Shown one piece after another: positions 30,131 through 43,114 of a stretch of 64,000 bases of DNA; position 1 is the stretch's first letter; every line of letters starts with the position of its first letter. The stretch covers positions 334,747 through 398,746 of the forward strand of contig NW_005434620.1 of assembly GCF_000315625.1 (NCBI RefSeq). Direction: 5' to 3'. The notes below the pieces were generated by a model. It had not been told where the DNA came from. It worked only from the letters and a program-made list of their open reading frames with translations, and made no database searches. The translations under genes were made by a program, and so were the position numbers. The stretch comes from Guillardia theta CCMP2712. Taxonomy: Eukaryota > Protista > Cryptophyta.

Positions 30131-32402
30131 ATGACAAGGCTGTCGAGAGCGCTTGCTCTGTGCATGATGGCGCAGTTCATGTCTTTGTCTTGTGCGATGC
30201 CTCGAGCTCCGTTGAGGAAGGGTGGGGCTGGACGAGTGATGACGGCAGGGAGCGCGAGGAAGTACTGTTTTGAGCATCATCCTCTGTCTTCGCTGCCTGC
30301 CCGCCTCCGGGGTGGCTCGCCAAGATGGGAACCTCCTCCGTCGTACTCGCAGGTCCTGCACTCATCAAGGAAGGACTCAGCATGGAACGACCTGCTGGTG
30401 AGGTGGCTGGAGGGGTTGGGGTTGCGGTTGACAAGCTGGTTCAAAGACTGCACTTGGTGCCTTCACGCGGCTGGTTTTCCGAATCTGGTGGTTTGCTGTG
30501 CGCACGTGCATGAGGGGCCTTGTCAGGTGTTGTGAATGTTTGTGGAGGCTCGTGGATCAGACTGAAGTGAAGCCTTCAGTTTCATGTTTGCACTGCTGAG
30601 ATTGTTGGGGTACATGCTCTCGAGGCGTAAGAAGGGATCACCTGGTAGCACGGGGAAGAGCGCGTTTCCTGACAAGCCGGAGTGGACGAACGCGAACGCG
30701 AATGAGGACTGGTATGAAACCGACCGGATGGCCAGGGGATCGTACCACACACCCAAGGTACTTCTGTCCTCTTCGAATCCTTGCTCCTCACAGTGTCTGA
30801 CCTGCCAGGCAAACAAGTTCACAGGTTGGAACCCCTCATTCACTCCCGAGACCCGAAGGCCTGCGCTAGAGGCAAGCTCCAATTGACTTCGATCAGATGC
30901 GATCTGACGACTTGTAGACGCAGAGGAGAGAGGAGGAGGAGGAGGATGATCAAGGGCAGGCCTCGATGGAGGAATCCGAAGCCCCGCAAGTGATGGACGA
31001 GAGGGAAGAACAGTCAGAAGGCTTGTTGAGAGATCGCAACCATCACTTGGACTTCTCGGGAAAGATGAGGCATCAGCCGGCAAGTTTGACAAGGATGGAC
31101 TTGTCCAGCCTCGAGATGGCGCTGAAGGGTCGTGAGAGCTTCACTCCCAGTCAAACGTTCTGGAAGACAGCGCAGCGCGACCACTTGCCGCAGGCAGACA
31201 ACGAAAGGTGGCTGCTGTCGAGAACTTGTGTGGAGCAAGTGACTTGTAAAAGCCCCAGAGGAAAACATCGGGAAGAACCGAACGAGGTCGAAGGCTGCAA
31301 GAAGCTCGGGAGCGGGTGACGACATTCTTCGGAACGAGGAGTTTGGTGGTGACAGCCAGGCAGGTTGTGGTCATTCAGGACGAAACCCAAGACAGCCAAC
31401 AGCTCCAATAAGGCTCTTCTCTTCGGAATGAAGGCCAAACAGAAGCTCAGGATCACGGGGCTTCGAACCTCCTCCAACTTGGGTACTGCGTGAGACGTTG
31501 AGGAGGTCGTGGCTGACCAGCCCGCCGCTGCAGGAGCGCAGAACTCAGAGGAAAGAGAGTACCAGGTGAAGTCCCTCCCTCCAACTCTTCTCCTGCTGAT
31601 GTCATGGTCCAGGTCTGGTTGACAAGCGACGGGTTGTCATCGCAGGTAGCATGTGCAGCAGGCAGTGCGACAGACTTGCTGAGGCCTCTGCAGACTCGGT
31701 GGAACGAGGTAGGACGAGGACACACGAGGCTGCCAAGGGAGGCAGGAGCGTACGGCGAGCTCCCGCTGGGGGAGGAGGGGGTGGAGCTGGAGGCAGGGCA
31801 GACTTGCCTGTTCTTCCTCTGCTGCCCTTCCAGTGCGGGAGGGATCGCGTTTAGGTGAGAGTGAGGGGAGAGCATGGGTGCACCGGAGGGTATGGGGCAG
31901 GGAAAGGATGTGAACAGAGGGTACAGCAGTGAGAAAGAGAGAGGGGGGAGGGGACGGGACGGGAACGGAGGATGACGGTGGTGGGAAGTGGAGGAGGATT
32001 GAGGGGGGGGGTGAAGGAGCATGCAGGAGGGACGTCTACTCGCTACAGTTTGGCGAAACCTCCGACAAATCGAAACATCTCGATCTCCTTGCAGGATGCG
32101 GTACCGCGAAGAAAACTCTCCTCGTCTGCTGCAGCCGTGCCTTGATTGCTTGTCCTGCTCGCTCACTCCCTGTCTCCTGTTCTTCACTCCCGCCATGTCT
32201 CCCTTCCTTGCCTCTCCCGCTCTTACGTGTCGTTTCCTCCAACTCTCTCATCCCCTCTCTGCCTCTTTTTGTCTTCTCTCCACTGACGATGGACGAAGCT
32301 TGCAGCTTGTCAGATGTAGCCGACATGTCCGAGCTGGCGGCCATGGCGCAGAAATCTCCTGCTCGAGCCTTTGCGGGAGAGATCGAGTACGAGCTGTTAT
32401 GA
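30131..32402 (+). CDS. Hypothetical multi-exon protein with signal peptide and RLRGG presequence motif
   Basis: MTRLSRALALCMMAQFMSLSCA...LPARLRGG, then a chain of + strand exons with GT-AG boundaries ending ...FAGEIEYELL*. No family recognised. Confidence 0.45.
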
Positions 32403-32589
32403 TGGAGAGGAGAAAGGAAGGAAGGTTATGTACAGCAACATGCAAAAAAGATGAAAGAAACCACTGATGCTACAGGCTGAAGAGAAGGCAAGGCAGCGGA
32501 GGGAAGAGGGATGTAGACGTTGGGTAGAGAGGAGGAGCGAAGAGAATCAGACTGGGGGAGGAAGGAGGATAAAGCTTGTGCTCGCGGCA

Positions 32590-35150
32590 TCAGGCGAACT
32601 CGTCAAGGCCATGTACGAGATCTGTCGGCTTGCTCTGCTCCTCCTCCATGAAGTCTTGAGGGGAGGGCGAGGACGAGGCTTGCTCTATCTTGAGGTAGCT
32701 GGTGAACTGACTCCTGCAAACTGGACATCGTTGCAACCTCTCCATGCAGTTCTTGCAGACACAGAAATGTCTGTCGCCGTTGTCAGGTCGGGGAGAGAAT
32801 GTTAAGGAGGGTCAAGTAGCACAAGTTACCAGAGGACTTGGAGGGAGCATGGGAAAGGAGGAACGGGAGAGGAAAATACACAAACAATCTCAGGGAAATG
32901 GTAGAGACTTGGGGAAGGGTGATAGAGCGGAAAGGGGCAGGAGGAGGAGGAGGAGTTCAACTAGACTTCACCTGCATGGTAGGAGGGTAATTGCTTTCGG
33001 TTCGCTCAAGCAGATCACACAACTGTTCTCCTCCTCCGCTGATTCATCTTCGCCGTAAATCTCCTGTAGCCAGAGGCGTCAAGAGCAAGAAGCATCGTCG
33101 ACCTTGCCCGTGTCTTGCCGTCCAATCCTCCTCATCATAACCTGAGTGATGTACGCTGCTGACGGAGTAAATACCACACTCTTCACTACCTGCTCCATGC
33201 CCATCAGACCAACAAGCTCCTGCTGTTGGGGTTGCCACTGACCTGGAGAGTCTCTGAATACTCCCCACCAGGCTCTCTGTCTCTCTTCCGATCGAGGAGA
33301 TGGACGAGAATCCCTCCCTGCTGCTGCGTCACTCGCTTCCTCCTACCTCCTTGCATCTCTCTGGTACCTGCGATACTGACAAGAGCTTTTGTTCCATTTT
33401 GTCGTCGTACGGTGATCGACTCGATGTCACATTCTCCGCTTTAACATGGCATGTCAGATATTTTCTCCATCCTCCATTCTCCATCGTCTGCCCCCATCAC
33501 CACCAAGTTATCATTGTCTTGTTCATCATCATCATCATCATCGTCGTCGTCGTCGTCGTCGTCGTCGTCATCATCATCATCGTCGTCATCATCATCATCC
33601 GATCATCACCATCACCATCACTATCACCATTGCCATCACAACAACCACCACCACCACTGTAAAATTTACCATCTAACAGAGTTATTTGCTGATTGATGGA
33701 AGCAACCTTCACCATCAAACATTTCAGCTCCAATCTCTCTCAACCAAATCAGATCCAGCTCACCCGAATCACAAGCGCAGCAGGGAAGCCTGACATGTTG
33801 GCACCACCATGTGCTTCAACCGGAGCTGTCAAGCCCTCCGTTTGATTCTCCGACTCTCTCCAACTCTTCCGGCAGGAACACAATGAGCAACGGCAGAGCA
33901 GGCGGGCAGCTGATCAGCAGGAGCTCACATGGCAGGGGATCGTGGTCCTCCTGCGCCTTCCAACTTCGAACTTCATCACCTCAGACCTGCGATTGAACAT
34001 GGCAGATCACATCACCAGAGCCTCAAACCAAACTGCTAGCAGCTCCTACCATCTCCTCCCCATGTCCCGAAGCGACGTCGGGTCGTCCAATCGCCCATCG
34101 CCGGGCTCGCAGCAATTCAACAGCTCGATCTCGTTCTCGTCCACTGCCGTGTAGGGCACACCGAAGAAGCCAAACTTCTTCTTCCTGCATGGTCGGCAGG
34201 TCAGCCATGGAACAACTCAGTCTGCCCTGCCCTGACCGGAGTGCACCCTTGGAGCGGCCCGACCGGATCATCGCGCCTGGATGGTTGTAGCAGTCCACTA
34301 CCTTCATGAGGTGACCCTCGTTCGCTCCCCAGCACCTGAGAAGGGAAGGGAAGGGAAGGGAGGGGAGGGGAGGGGAGGGGAGGGGAGGGGAGGGAAGGAT
34401 TTCTTCAGCGACCCATCAAGTCTGGGACGGCAAGAGCAACTCACATCTCAGCGAGGACTTCAAGGTTGGAATCGTAGTCGAGCTCGATAGAGTCATGAGT
34501 CTAGCAGGATCTGCTCAGTCTCTCCTGCTGCTACCTCCTGCTGTAGACTTCTCACCATCCTTATACTGCTCTTCGTCAAGCTCCACGGGATACTCAGCTG
34601 GAATGGAAATGAGAGTCAGCCAGGCGCGCAAACTAAGAGTGGTCCTACTTGAAAGACAGGCGCCCCCGTCGGAGTTTCGGTGGCTCTGAGCAGGTCCTGC
34701 CTGCGAGCTATCGTCAGGCATGTACGACATCCTCGTCGTCCTAAGACTCACTGCATGTGAGTATCCCACAGCGTCTGAAGTTCGTCCAGGCTTGTTTGTT
34801 GGTTTCCCATTCGGACAAGCTGTATTTGTGTTACGAGGACAGCTACCGAGAGCAAGATCAGCGTCAACATGAACCTGCCCGTTTTCAACAGCCACACTCA
34901 GCTCGTAGGTATCAAAGATCCTTCTACAAAGATCGCAGAACCAACCAAAGATGGCCTGGCTCACTTTGTCATGAACAGGGACGAACAACAGCAAGCTCTG
35001 CTTACGAGGAGTAGTAGGATGATCAACAGGTTGATATCTTGAAGCCTGAAGGTCGTATACGCTTGCAACAGGAGCATAGCTGTGGACTCAGTGCTACTCC
35101 AGACTGTCCGACGGCAGAAGCAACAGCTCTGTCCCAATCACCCTCCAAAG
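32590..35150 (-). CDS. C-terminal RING E3 ligase (CGRRF1/MGRN1-type) with probable N-terminal TM, multi-exon
   Basis: Spliced RING EIYGEDESAEEENSCVICLSEPKAITLLPCR|HFCVCKNCMERLQRCPVCRSQFTSYL (exons ~32972-33064 and ~32690-32766). Upstream hydrophobic INLLIILLLL. Start uncertain. Confidence 0.72.
33523..33657. repeat. Compound (CAT)n/(CGT)n/(CAC)n microsatellite in intron
   Basis: Directly visible. Confidence 0.95.
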
Positions 35151-35689
35151 TTTTTGAGCATAAACTTGCTCACTGGCACTCTGAAGCATCAATTCCCATC
35201 CCTCCTGTCATCACCTGCTTCTTCCGGACTTGTCTCACTGTCTTCTCATCCTCTCCTTCACCAGTCTCCTCCTCCTCCTCTCCCCTCCTCCTCCTCTCCT
35301 ACTCCGATCTCCGCCATCTTTCCCCACTGCGATCGGCGCATTGAACTAGTTTTACTCATCCCACAAGGGTACAAACTAAAAATTGGTTTTTAAAATTCGT
35401 TCCGTCCTCCGATCCTCCCTCCCACCCGCAGACTTTCCCTCTTGTCCTCCTGTCCTCCTGTCCTCCTGTCCTCCTGTCCTCCTCTGCTCCTGTCCTCCTC
35501 TGCTCCTCTACTCCTCTGCTCCTCTGCTCCTCTGCTCCTCTGCTCCTCTGCTCCTCTCCCCTCCCCCCGTCCACCTCCCTGATTCCTAAGTCACCAACAC
35601 ATCCCATCCTCCCCACCTTTCCCTTTCACATCTGTTCTCCTCACGTACTCTCTCCATCCTGAGGAAGCACACAGACAAGTCCTTGGAAT

Positions 35690-36708
35690 ATGCGAGGGAG
35701 ATGGTCAGCATCTTGCTATCTCGCCCTTATCCTCTTCCCGTCGTACAGCTTGTCCGCCTCCTCCTACTCTAGAGATTATGCCGTACCTTTTTCTGGCACC
35801 GAGCTGCCGACTTACGTTCGGATGGCCCCTCCGGTGAACATGGAAGGCTTCGCACACTTCAGCTTGGACATGAAGGAACTGGAGGCGAGGATGATGGATC
35901 GAGGAGCGAAGAAGAAGGAGACTGTCGTTGTGGGGCAGGAGTGGAACTTGCACACTGGGGAAACGTTCACTCGCGCCATGACTGTTCGGACCCTCCTGGA
36001 CAGCGATGAGAGCACGCGCAACCTGCGCAAGCTCGTCTGGCAGGTGCGGAAGGTCTGACCAGGCGTGACCGTGAAGCCTTGGAGCAGGAGAGGTGGAGGA
36101 AGTTGGACGCGAGTCCAGCACGTCAGGGTCGGAAGCCCCAGCCAGTTGCACCCGACGGTTCGATCAGGTGGGGAAGGAAGGTAATTTTGACCTGCGGTCG
36201 ACGATGTTGATGGGATGCAGGAGGCACGAGGAGCCAGCGAGAGCCACGTCGAGAAGCTCGTCCATGAACCGGAAGAGCACTCGGTCTACCAGCAGGTGAG
36301 CGTGTCCTCACATGGGAATCCTGCCTTATACCTGAGCAAGGTCGACGTCGGCCCGAAGACAGTCCTCTCGGCACGGCAAGTTGGCTGACGCCATGGCGGC
36401 TGATCGTGTTGACTGGTGGCTGCAGAAGCATCGCACCTGGATCAGAAGTTCTGGCCCTGCATAACACGGTCTCTCAGTGTTGAGCTGCCGCAGAAGGACA
36501 GGAAGGTAAGGGCAACTCCTTTCCTACCCCCTCATCGCTCATAGCATCATGCAGAGATCTTCTGCTCGGTTGCAGTGGGAGAGGTGAAGTCTTGTTAAGT
36601 TGTGCTGCTAGCCCTTGATGTCTACCATGCAGGGAGGTCAACATCGCGGGTTCGACACGGAAGGTAAACCTGGTGCTGAACACTCCGGCAGCCTCATCGA
36701 CGCAGTGA
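35690..36708 (+). CDS. Hypothetical secreted protein, multi-exon
   Basis: Signal-peptide-like MRGRWSASCYLALILFPSYSLS; coding-like exon 35690-36043 ending in GT; later exons uncertain. Confidence 0.45.
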
Positions 36709-36843
36709 GCAACGGAGAAACTTGAACATGTACATTCATTCCATTACACAACATGAAGAAGAGCTTGTCGAGAGCAGGGGGAATCCTCTACCAGGCGCAG
36801 GCGGACGGGAGCCAGGAAAGTCCGGGGGTAGCCGGCGACCAGT

Positions 36844-39800
36844 TCATCGGTTGCAGAGCCAATTGAGAAGAATCTTTTCCATAGTGTCAGGTGCTACGGC
36901 AACGACCGTTGTCTTGATACCTGAGAGCAGGTCTGTGAAACCCCGTTCCCAATCCTGACAACTCCTCCAGACTCGTGAAACACTTTCATATTCCAGTAGT
37001 GAGTCCTGAATGGCGTTATCGAAGCAGGAGCAGGAGCAGGGAGCAGGGAGCAGGGAGCAGGGAGCAGGGAGCAGGGAGCAGGGAGCAGGGAGCAGGGAGC
37101 AGGGAGCAGGAGCAGTCATAGGAATCACGAAGCGAGGGGAAGTGAAGGAGGTGGAGGTGTGTGTGGAGGATAGACGTGCTGCTCCTACCCATCATGTGAA
37201 CGATCCTGGCGGCCATGGGTGACCGGGTGAAGGTCGAGGACGCCATATCCAGCTGTGTTGAGGAGGGAGACGGTAACAGAGGCAGAGGCGGATGAGGAGG
37301 CGGAAGGACGTGAAGGAGGGCAAGAGAAAGGCGGAGAAGTGTTGGTGGACAAGGAGCAGTAGGAGTAGGGAGACGAGAAGTAGGAGGAGGAGTAGGTGGA
37401 GCGGAAGCAGCAAGTCAATCATCGTGCCGATCTGGCAAGGGAGAGGAAGTAGATACCGGCATGGAAGAGCTTGATGGCGATCTTGTTGGCCTCCTGCATG
37501 CGAGGATCGTTCATGTACCTCCCTGGCCTCTTGCTGAAATCCCAGCTCCTGCAGGCATCAGGTCATCCGGCTGGACCTCTTGTCCTCCAGCATACGCGTC
37601 CAGAGTCGAGTCATGAAGCGCTTCCCCTGTCCTCCAAAGGATCTGCACTCGTGCCGTGAGTCAACGGGGAAGTGGATCAAGAAAAGGAAAAATGAGAAGG
37701 AGAGGCGGAGGACAAGAAGGAGCAGAGGAGATGGAGAGGGAAGAGTAAAGAAGAGGTAGAAAGAGGGGCAGAAGGAGAAGGACGAAGGTTTCCTTACCGT
37801 GCCATTGACTCCCTTGAGAGCTTCAATCAGCACCTTCAAGTTCTCCTCGTAGTCTCCCAGCGGAGCCTGCGAGCAGCGGGCGCGTGAGATGGGGAGCAGC
37901 GCCGGCCGCGAACCTTGAGAATGTCAAAGATCTGACTTCCAAGAACAATCACGTCCTCCTCCTCTGGCGCCTCCCTGCTGATCGTGTCTAGGAGATCGTG
38001 GATTGTGCTGTTGAACTTCAGGCGCCCTGTGCCTGCCGCGACTTCCTCTCAGGCCTCGGGGCTCCTCCACTCCCTTCCCTCACGTTCGTCGGTGATGCCC
38101 AGCGGAAGCTCGGCGAACGGCTGGTGATCGGCAAACCTCGCAAACCAGTGGAAGACGATCTTGGGGGGGCCAGGGAAGACTAGGTCCTCGTGCTCCTTGA
38201 TGGCGTTGCCTGTGGCGGAGGGTGAGGAGGGAGGGAGGAGGAGGAGCATTGCTCACATGTGGAGTTGAGGAGGCAGACAAGGTCGTAGTACATGGTGCGA
38301 ACGAGCGATGTGCCGGAGAGGAACAAAGTCGGAGGCTTTCCTCCCTTGCCGACGCAGCGCTTCAGCTGTGAAGCATCAGGGTGAGCAAGCAGGGGAGGAG
38401 GAGGGAAAATCACGTCCGAGCCGTTGTAGGGGCGGAGGACACATCGATATGGAACCCAAACCCAAGGATCGGCACGCGCTCTGCGTTTGATTCAGAATAA
38501 GAGAAAGGACGGCAGAGAGGAGGTGACGTGAGGGGAGAGGAGAGATGGATGGAAGGAAGGGAGAATTGGGGCATGGTGTGGAATGGAGGCTCACGATAGG
38601 AAGGGAGGATGGAGAGAGAGAGAGAGGGATAGAGGGTCGAGGGAGGGATGGGATGGGAGGGAGGGAAGGATGGGAGGGGAGGGAGGGGAGGGAGGGGAGG
38701 GAGGGGAGGGAGGGAAGGGAGGGATGGGAGGGATGGGAGGGAGGGAAGGGAGGGAAGGATGGGATGGGAGGGAGGAAGGGAGGGAAGGGAGGGATGGGAG
38801 GGAGGGAGGGAGAGGAAGGGGGAAGGACGGTCACCCATCATCATCATGCTGGTCAAATCTTTGAGATTCTATACCCCCACAGTAGTCTCCGTGCCACTGG
38901 CAGACATCCCTCCTCACCCACCTCCCCCCACCCCACAGGTAAGGATCCGCAGCACTTGCTCTGCCCTTGCACAGACCCTGAGGCTGCTTGTTCGGCCCAC
39001 CGTCATCCTCCCGCTGGCTCCACCCCTCTTCTACCTCCTCCACCTTCTCCACCATCCTCTGCCCCTCCTCGTCATCGTCAACCAAGACGGTGAAGGGACT
39101 TCCATAGATGTGCTGGTTGACAAAGAACCGAGGAATCCCCTGACCTGGATCCGCGATCCCGCTGCCGCTAGCATGCAGGAGCAGGATCTGATGAAACAGG
39201 AGGTTAACCCATTGCACATGTCACAGACAGCTTACGGTAGCAGTGTACAACCCCGGCTCCCTCGGGCGCCATGTGACCAAGTACTCCCCATCCGCCCTCT
39301 CCTCCACCTCCCCCATCACAATGGCAGGCCCCGAAAACCTTGCACGGAAGAAATGAGCTGAGTAAGGCGTGCCGTCGGCGTCGGCGACTGTGATGTTGAA
39401 CCTGATATAGCAAGGGAGCCCTCAGATGCCGCCGGGGGATGGACAAGGAGGAGACTCACATGCATGCTCGACTTGCAGAGCACTTGGACGCGCTCGCTAG
39501 GTCGATTCTGATGTCGTTAACCCACTTCCAGCCATTCTTGACCCAGATGCTCCTCGAGTCCTGGCGGCAGCAACACCCTCAGAGGTGCTAGCAGAGCAGG
39601 GCTTGCCCTCCTCCACCTTCTCGTGTGCGAAGCCGTCCTCATCCACGATGTTGATCCGAATGTTGTGGCGCCCAACCACCAGCCCAGGCACTGCGACAGT
39701 CAGAGTCGCGTGTTCGTTGACTAGTGCCTCTCTCCCGTTGATGACGAGCTGCACACGCCATCCCGGAGGGAGCGATGAGATTTCGTACCTGTTACATGAT

Positions 39801-40039
39801 CATCATGGTGACTTGAGGCAGATGGTATGATGTCACTTGATTTGGACAGATTGGTCTTCGTAGAAAACTTCATCCTTGGACGGTAAATCGACGTGGACTC
39901 GCACGTCTTCAACATCGATCTGTGATGATTCCGTGGTAGCAAGGAGAACCGCGAGGGAGATCAAGATGAGGGAATTGATAGAAGTCATAGAAGGGAACGC
40001 AGACAGCCAGGAGCAGTACGAGGGAGTAAGTATAGCCAA
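36844..40039 (-). CDS. Secreted PC-esterase/NXPE-like (SGNH-type) protein with Ig/filamin-like N-terminal domains, multi-exon
   Basis: Signal peptide LILISLAVLLATTES. Filamin-like EYLVTWRPREPGLY and HIYGSPFTVLV. SGNH block-I-like LFLSGTSLVRTMYYDL, ILWRT, VLDLHPVTHGRQDRSHDG, terminal ILLNWLC. Confidence 0.55.
37024..37113. repeat. (GCAGGGA)n heptamer repeat in intron
   Basis: Directly visible. Confidence 0.95.
38600..38826. repeat. GGGA/GGAT purine tract (pyrimidine-rich on sense strand) in intron
   Basis: Directly visible. Confidence 0.9.
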
Positions 40040-40282
40040 ACTGACTGTAACTAGAAGCGTTGTAAAGCAGGATAGTTTTCTTGCTGCAAGTCAGGTATGA
40101 AACTAGAGCTAGGGATTGAGGGAGTGGAGTAGGAGCACTACATGGGGAAGGTCAGAGAGAGGAGGGGGAGGCAGAGAGAGGAGGGGGAGAGAAGGGGAGG
40201 GAGAGGGAGGGAGGGATTCTGCATTGCGAGCCTTTCCAGACATGGATATGAATAAAATGGGATCGATGTCTCAAGTTTCCGA

Positions 40283-40302
40283 CCCGGCCGGGCCCGGCCC
40301 GG
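40283..40302. repeat. Perfect 20-bp palindrome CCCGGCCGGGCCCGGCCGGG
   Basis: Equals its own reverse complement. Confidence 0.9.
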
Positions 40303-40903
40303 GCGGCACATGAGTAGTGACTCAGTTACTCAACTTGAAGTATACGGTATCATAGTACGGCGAGCTCGACGCGGCGCGGCCGATGATGTCGTGACGAAAG
40401 CCATGATCCTGGACCGGATGCCCTCGGATCTTCCTCTGTGCTGCTGCCATACGCTATGTTGAAGTTTGCTCAGTCCGAGCGGCGGCCGACACGATCGGAC
40501 TTACCGGGTCCGACCTGGCCGAGCCGCTAAGTTTTAGCAAATAACCCGGGGCGGCCCGGCCTGTAACTGAGGCAGTCATTTTCAGCGCCTTATGAGCCTC
40601 ACTGGGACTGAATGTGACAAGGATGAGGGGTACACTCAAGATCACTACGGGTACTTTCCATGTTGTGATGAGGGGTGTCCAATAGGAGAGTTGCCAAATT
40701 CAGGGGTCCTCTGTTACACGGTACATGAGTGAGCCCTGAGGTCTATTTCCGCTCAGCCGCTCAAAACTTCCGGAGGGGGGCTCTCAATATACTAATATGA
40801 CTACCCCACCCAGTGAATGAGCTGGTTCGATGAGGGGTATTTTTAAGTTTCATCACAATGAATCGATACCCCGGCGGGAGAAACTGAAGTCGGAGCGAAG
40901 AAC

Positions 40904-42272
40904 ATGTCGGAGGAGGCCCCGCTAGTCAAGGATATCTCCAAGAACATCCCCAAGGATCTCGACTGGTGAGAGTGAGCGAGTGATCACTTGCGAGCAGGAA
41001 GAGACGGAGAGAGAGAGAGGAAGAGGACGGAGAGAGAGAGAGGAAGAGGAGGTTCTACTGAGAGGACCTGGCGAGTGAGAGAGTGAGCGATTGCGATAGG
41101 GGGAGACAGGCATTGATTGTGTGATAGAGAGGACGACTAGTGAGAGAGGACGACTCGTAAGTGAGAGTGCGAGAGAGGACGAGCGTGCTTGTGTGCGAGG
41201 ATACGTGCGAAGTCAAAGCACTGGCGGCATGCCCTTGGACAAATTACGGGCCAGTTGGCGGAGAATCTGAAGTATGGTGTCGTTGCAGGAGCGAGACTAT
41301 CTACCCTCAGTTTGTCAAGGACGGTTTCGTGACCGCAACCAATGTCGTCAAGTCCTCCGCTCAAGTCGTCGGTGCTGAACTTGACCAACATTATTGTATC
41401 ATCGTTCTAACTGTAGTTCCAGGCCAGGGTGCTGGGGCTGTCGGTATATTTTCATCCTCATTCGCAGACATTCCTTGTATCGTATCTTGAAACTTGTGCC
41501 TGATCAGGTGGAGCTGTTGCTGGCGGCGTGAACGCTGTCGGTGGTGCTGTCTCAAACACTGCTGGTGCCGTCACGAGCTTTGTCCCCACTCCTCCCACTT
41601 TCAACGCAGCACCTGCTCGCTGGGGCGGCAGTGAGCCCTCCATTGAGGAAAGGACTAAGGCAGACATTGCTGGATGGTTGGAGAAGGTCAAGCTTGAAAG
41701 CCTTCAGGCCGATTTTGCCAGTGCCGAGGTAATCTTGTTGTGATGCTAGTTGAATTCCTGCGCGTTGCTTGTAGGATCGATTTCCCTCTCCCTCTAGTGG
41801 ATCGGAGCTCTGATTGAATGGTTGTAGGTCGATGGTCCTGCTCTTGCCGCCATGGTCCAGACTTGGGAGTCCGACAAGCTTGGTACGCGAAGGAACCATG
41901 GAACGATGAACTCTGTTGATTTCCTGGGATTAGGTTTCGTCAAGTATGCTCAGGAGAATCTTGGATGCAAGAAGCCTGGACAGGCCTTCCGTTTGGGTAA
42001 ATCCAAGACTGAAGTTATGGGATGATGCTGATTGCATACGTGCTCCAGGATATTCTCTCTCCAGACTTCACGCGTACAAGGTCGGTTTGCTCTCAGATTA
42101 GATTGCACTATCGCCCTTGTGGTGGTGACTATTGTCTTTAGTGGCCCAAGAAGGAGGAGCCTGAGAAGCCCAAGGACGAGAAGCCACAAGCAGGTACGCC
42201 CTTCTCGTTGCTCCGGTCACCTCGCCGCCTTGATCCTCATTGACAGAAGCAGCAGCTGAGTCCGACGTCTGA
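40904..42272 (+). CDS. Small protein with SAM-like domain, many short exons
   Basis: MSEEAPLVKDISK...; IAGWLEKVKLESLQADFASAE|VDGPAL...LGCKKPGQAFRL resembles the SAM consensus; ends AAAESDV*. Confidence 0.55.
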
Positions 42273-43114
42273 ACGGGACGTAGCAGCTCGCGCTCTGTGT
42301 AAAATCTATTTGCGAGAAGAGCAGGCACTTCATGCATGTTCTGGAATGATTCAGCATTAATCTTCATTGAATTATTTTGTACTGTTATAAACCGACAGTC
42401 GTCATTCGGGGGATCCAAAAGCTGCCAGGCATTCGGAGAAGTGTGATTCATATCTGTCTCGTTCTCTGCCGGCATGTCAAGTCACTCAAGAGCGCGACAG
42501 AAAACTTCTTGTTTCAACTTGCATCCCAATATCGGATATCTCAAACAACGTATCATCCGTGCATCGTCGGATCGAAAACTGTTTCTAGCAAGATCTGAAC
42601 ATTCTCACTGTCACACTGAAGTTACACCCATGTTCTGCTTCTCTTTTCGCTCCTCTTTCAGTCTGAGTCTCTTAATCCCATCTCGTCTCGCTCCTCCTCT
42701 TGCTCTCCTCCGCCTCCCCTCCCCTCCGTTTCCTCCCATCCTGCCCATTGAACGGCTCGGTAAATTTCCCGTAGACCTTGTCGCAGGTTCATTAAGGAGT
42801 ACCGGGTACTTTCTAACATTAGATGGGGGTGGGGTACTTCTCTGAATTGCACTCCGAAATGGCGGACTTCATGACGTGGCCAAGGAAGGAGTAAGCAGAG
42901 AGCAGGGAGAAGGGAGCAAGAGCAGAAGTCAGGATCAGACAAGAGGGGGAGGAGGAGGAGGAGAAGGAGGAGGAGAAGGAGGGGATAGCTGTCACGAGAC
43001 CAACCAAGATTCATCTTGCTCGTCCAGCGCCTTCTGTTTTGGTGTGTTGGAGGAGGAGCAGGCGATGAATTGAACTGTGCACAAGACATTGAGGAGCATC
43101 CGAGGTCTAGCAAC

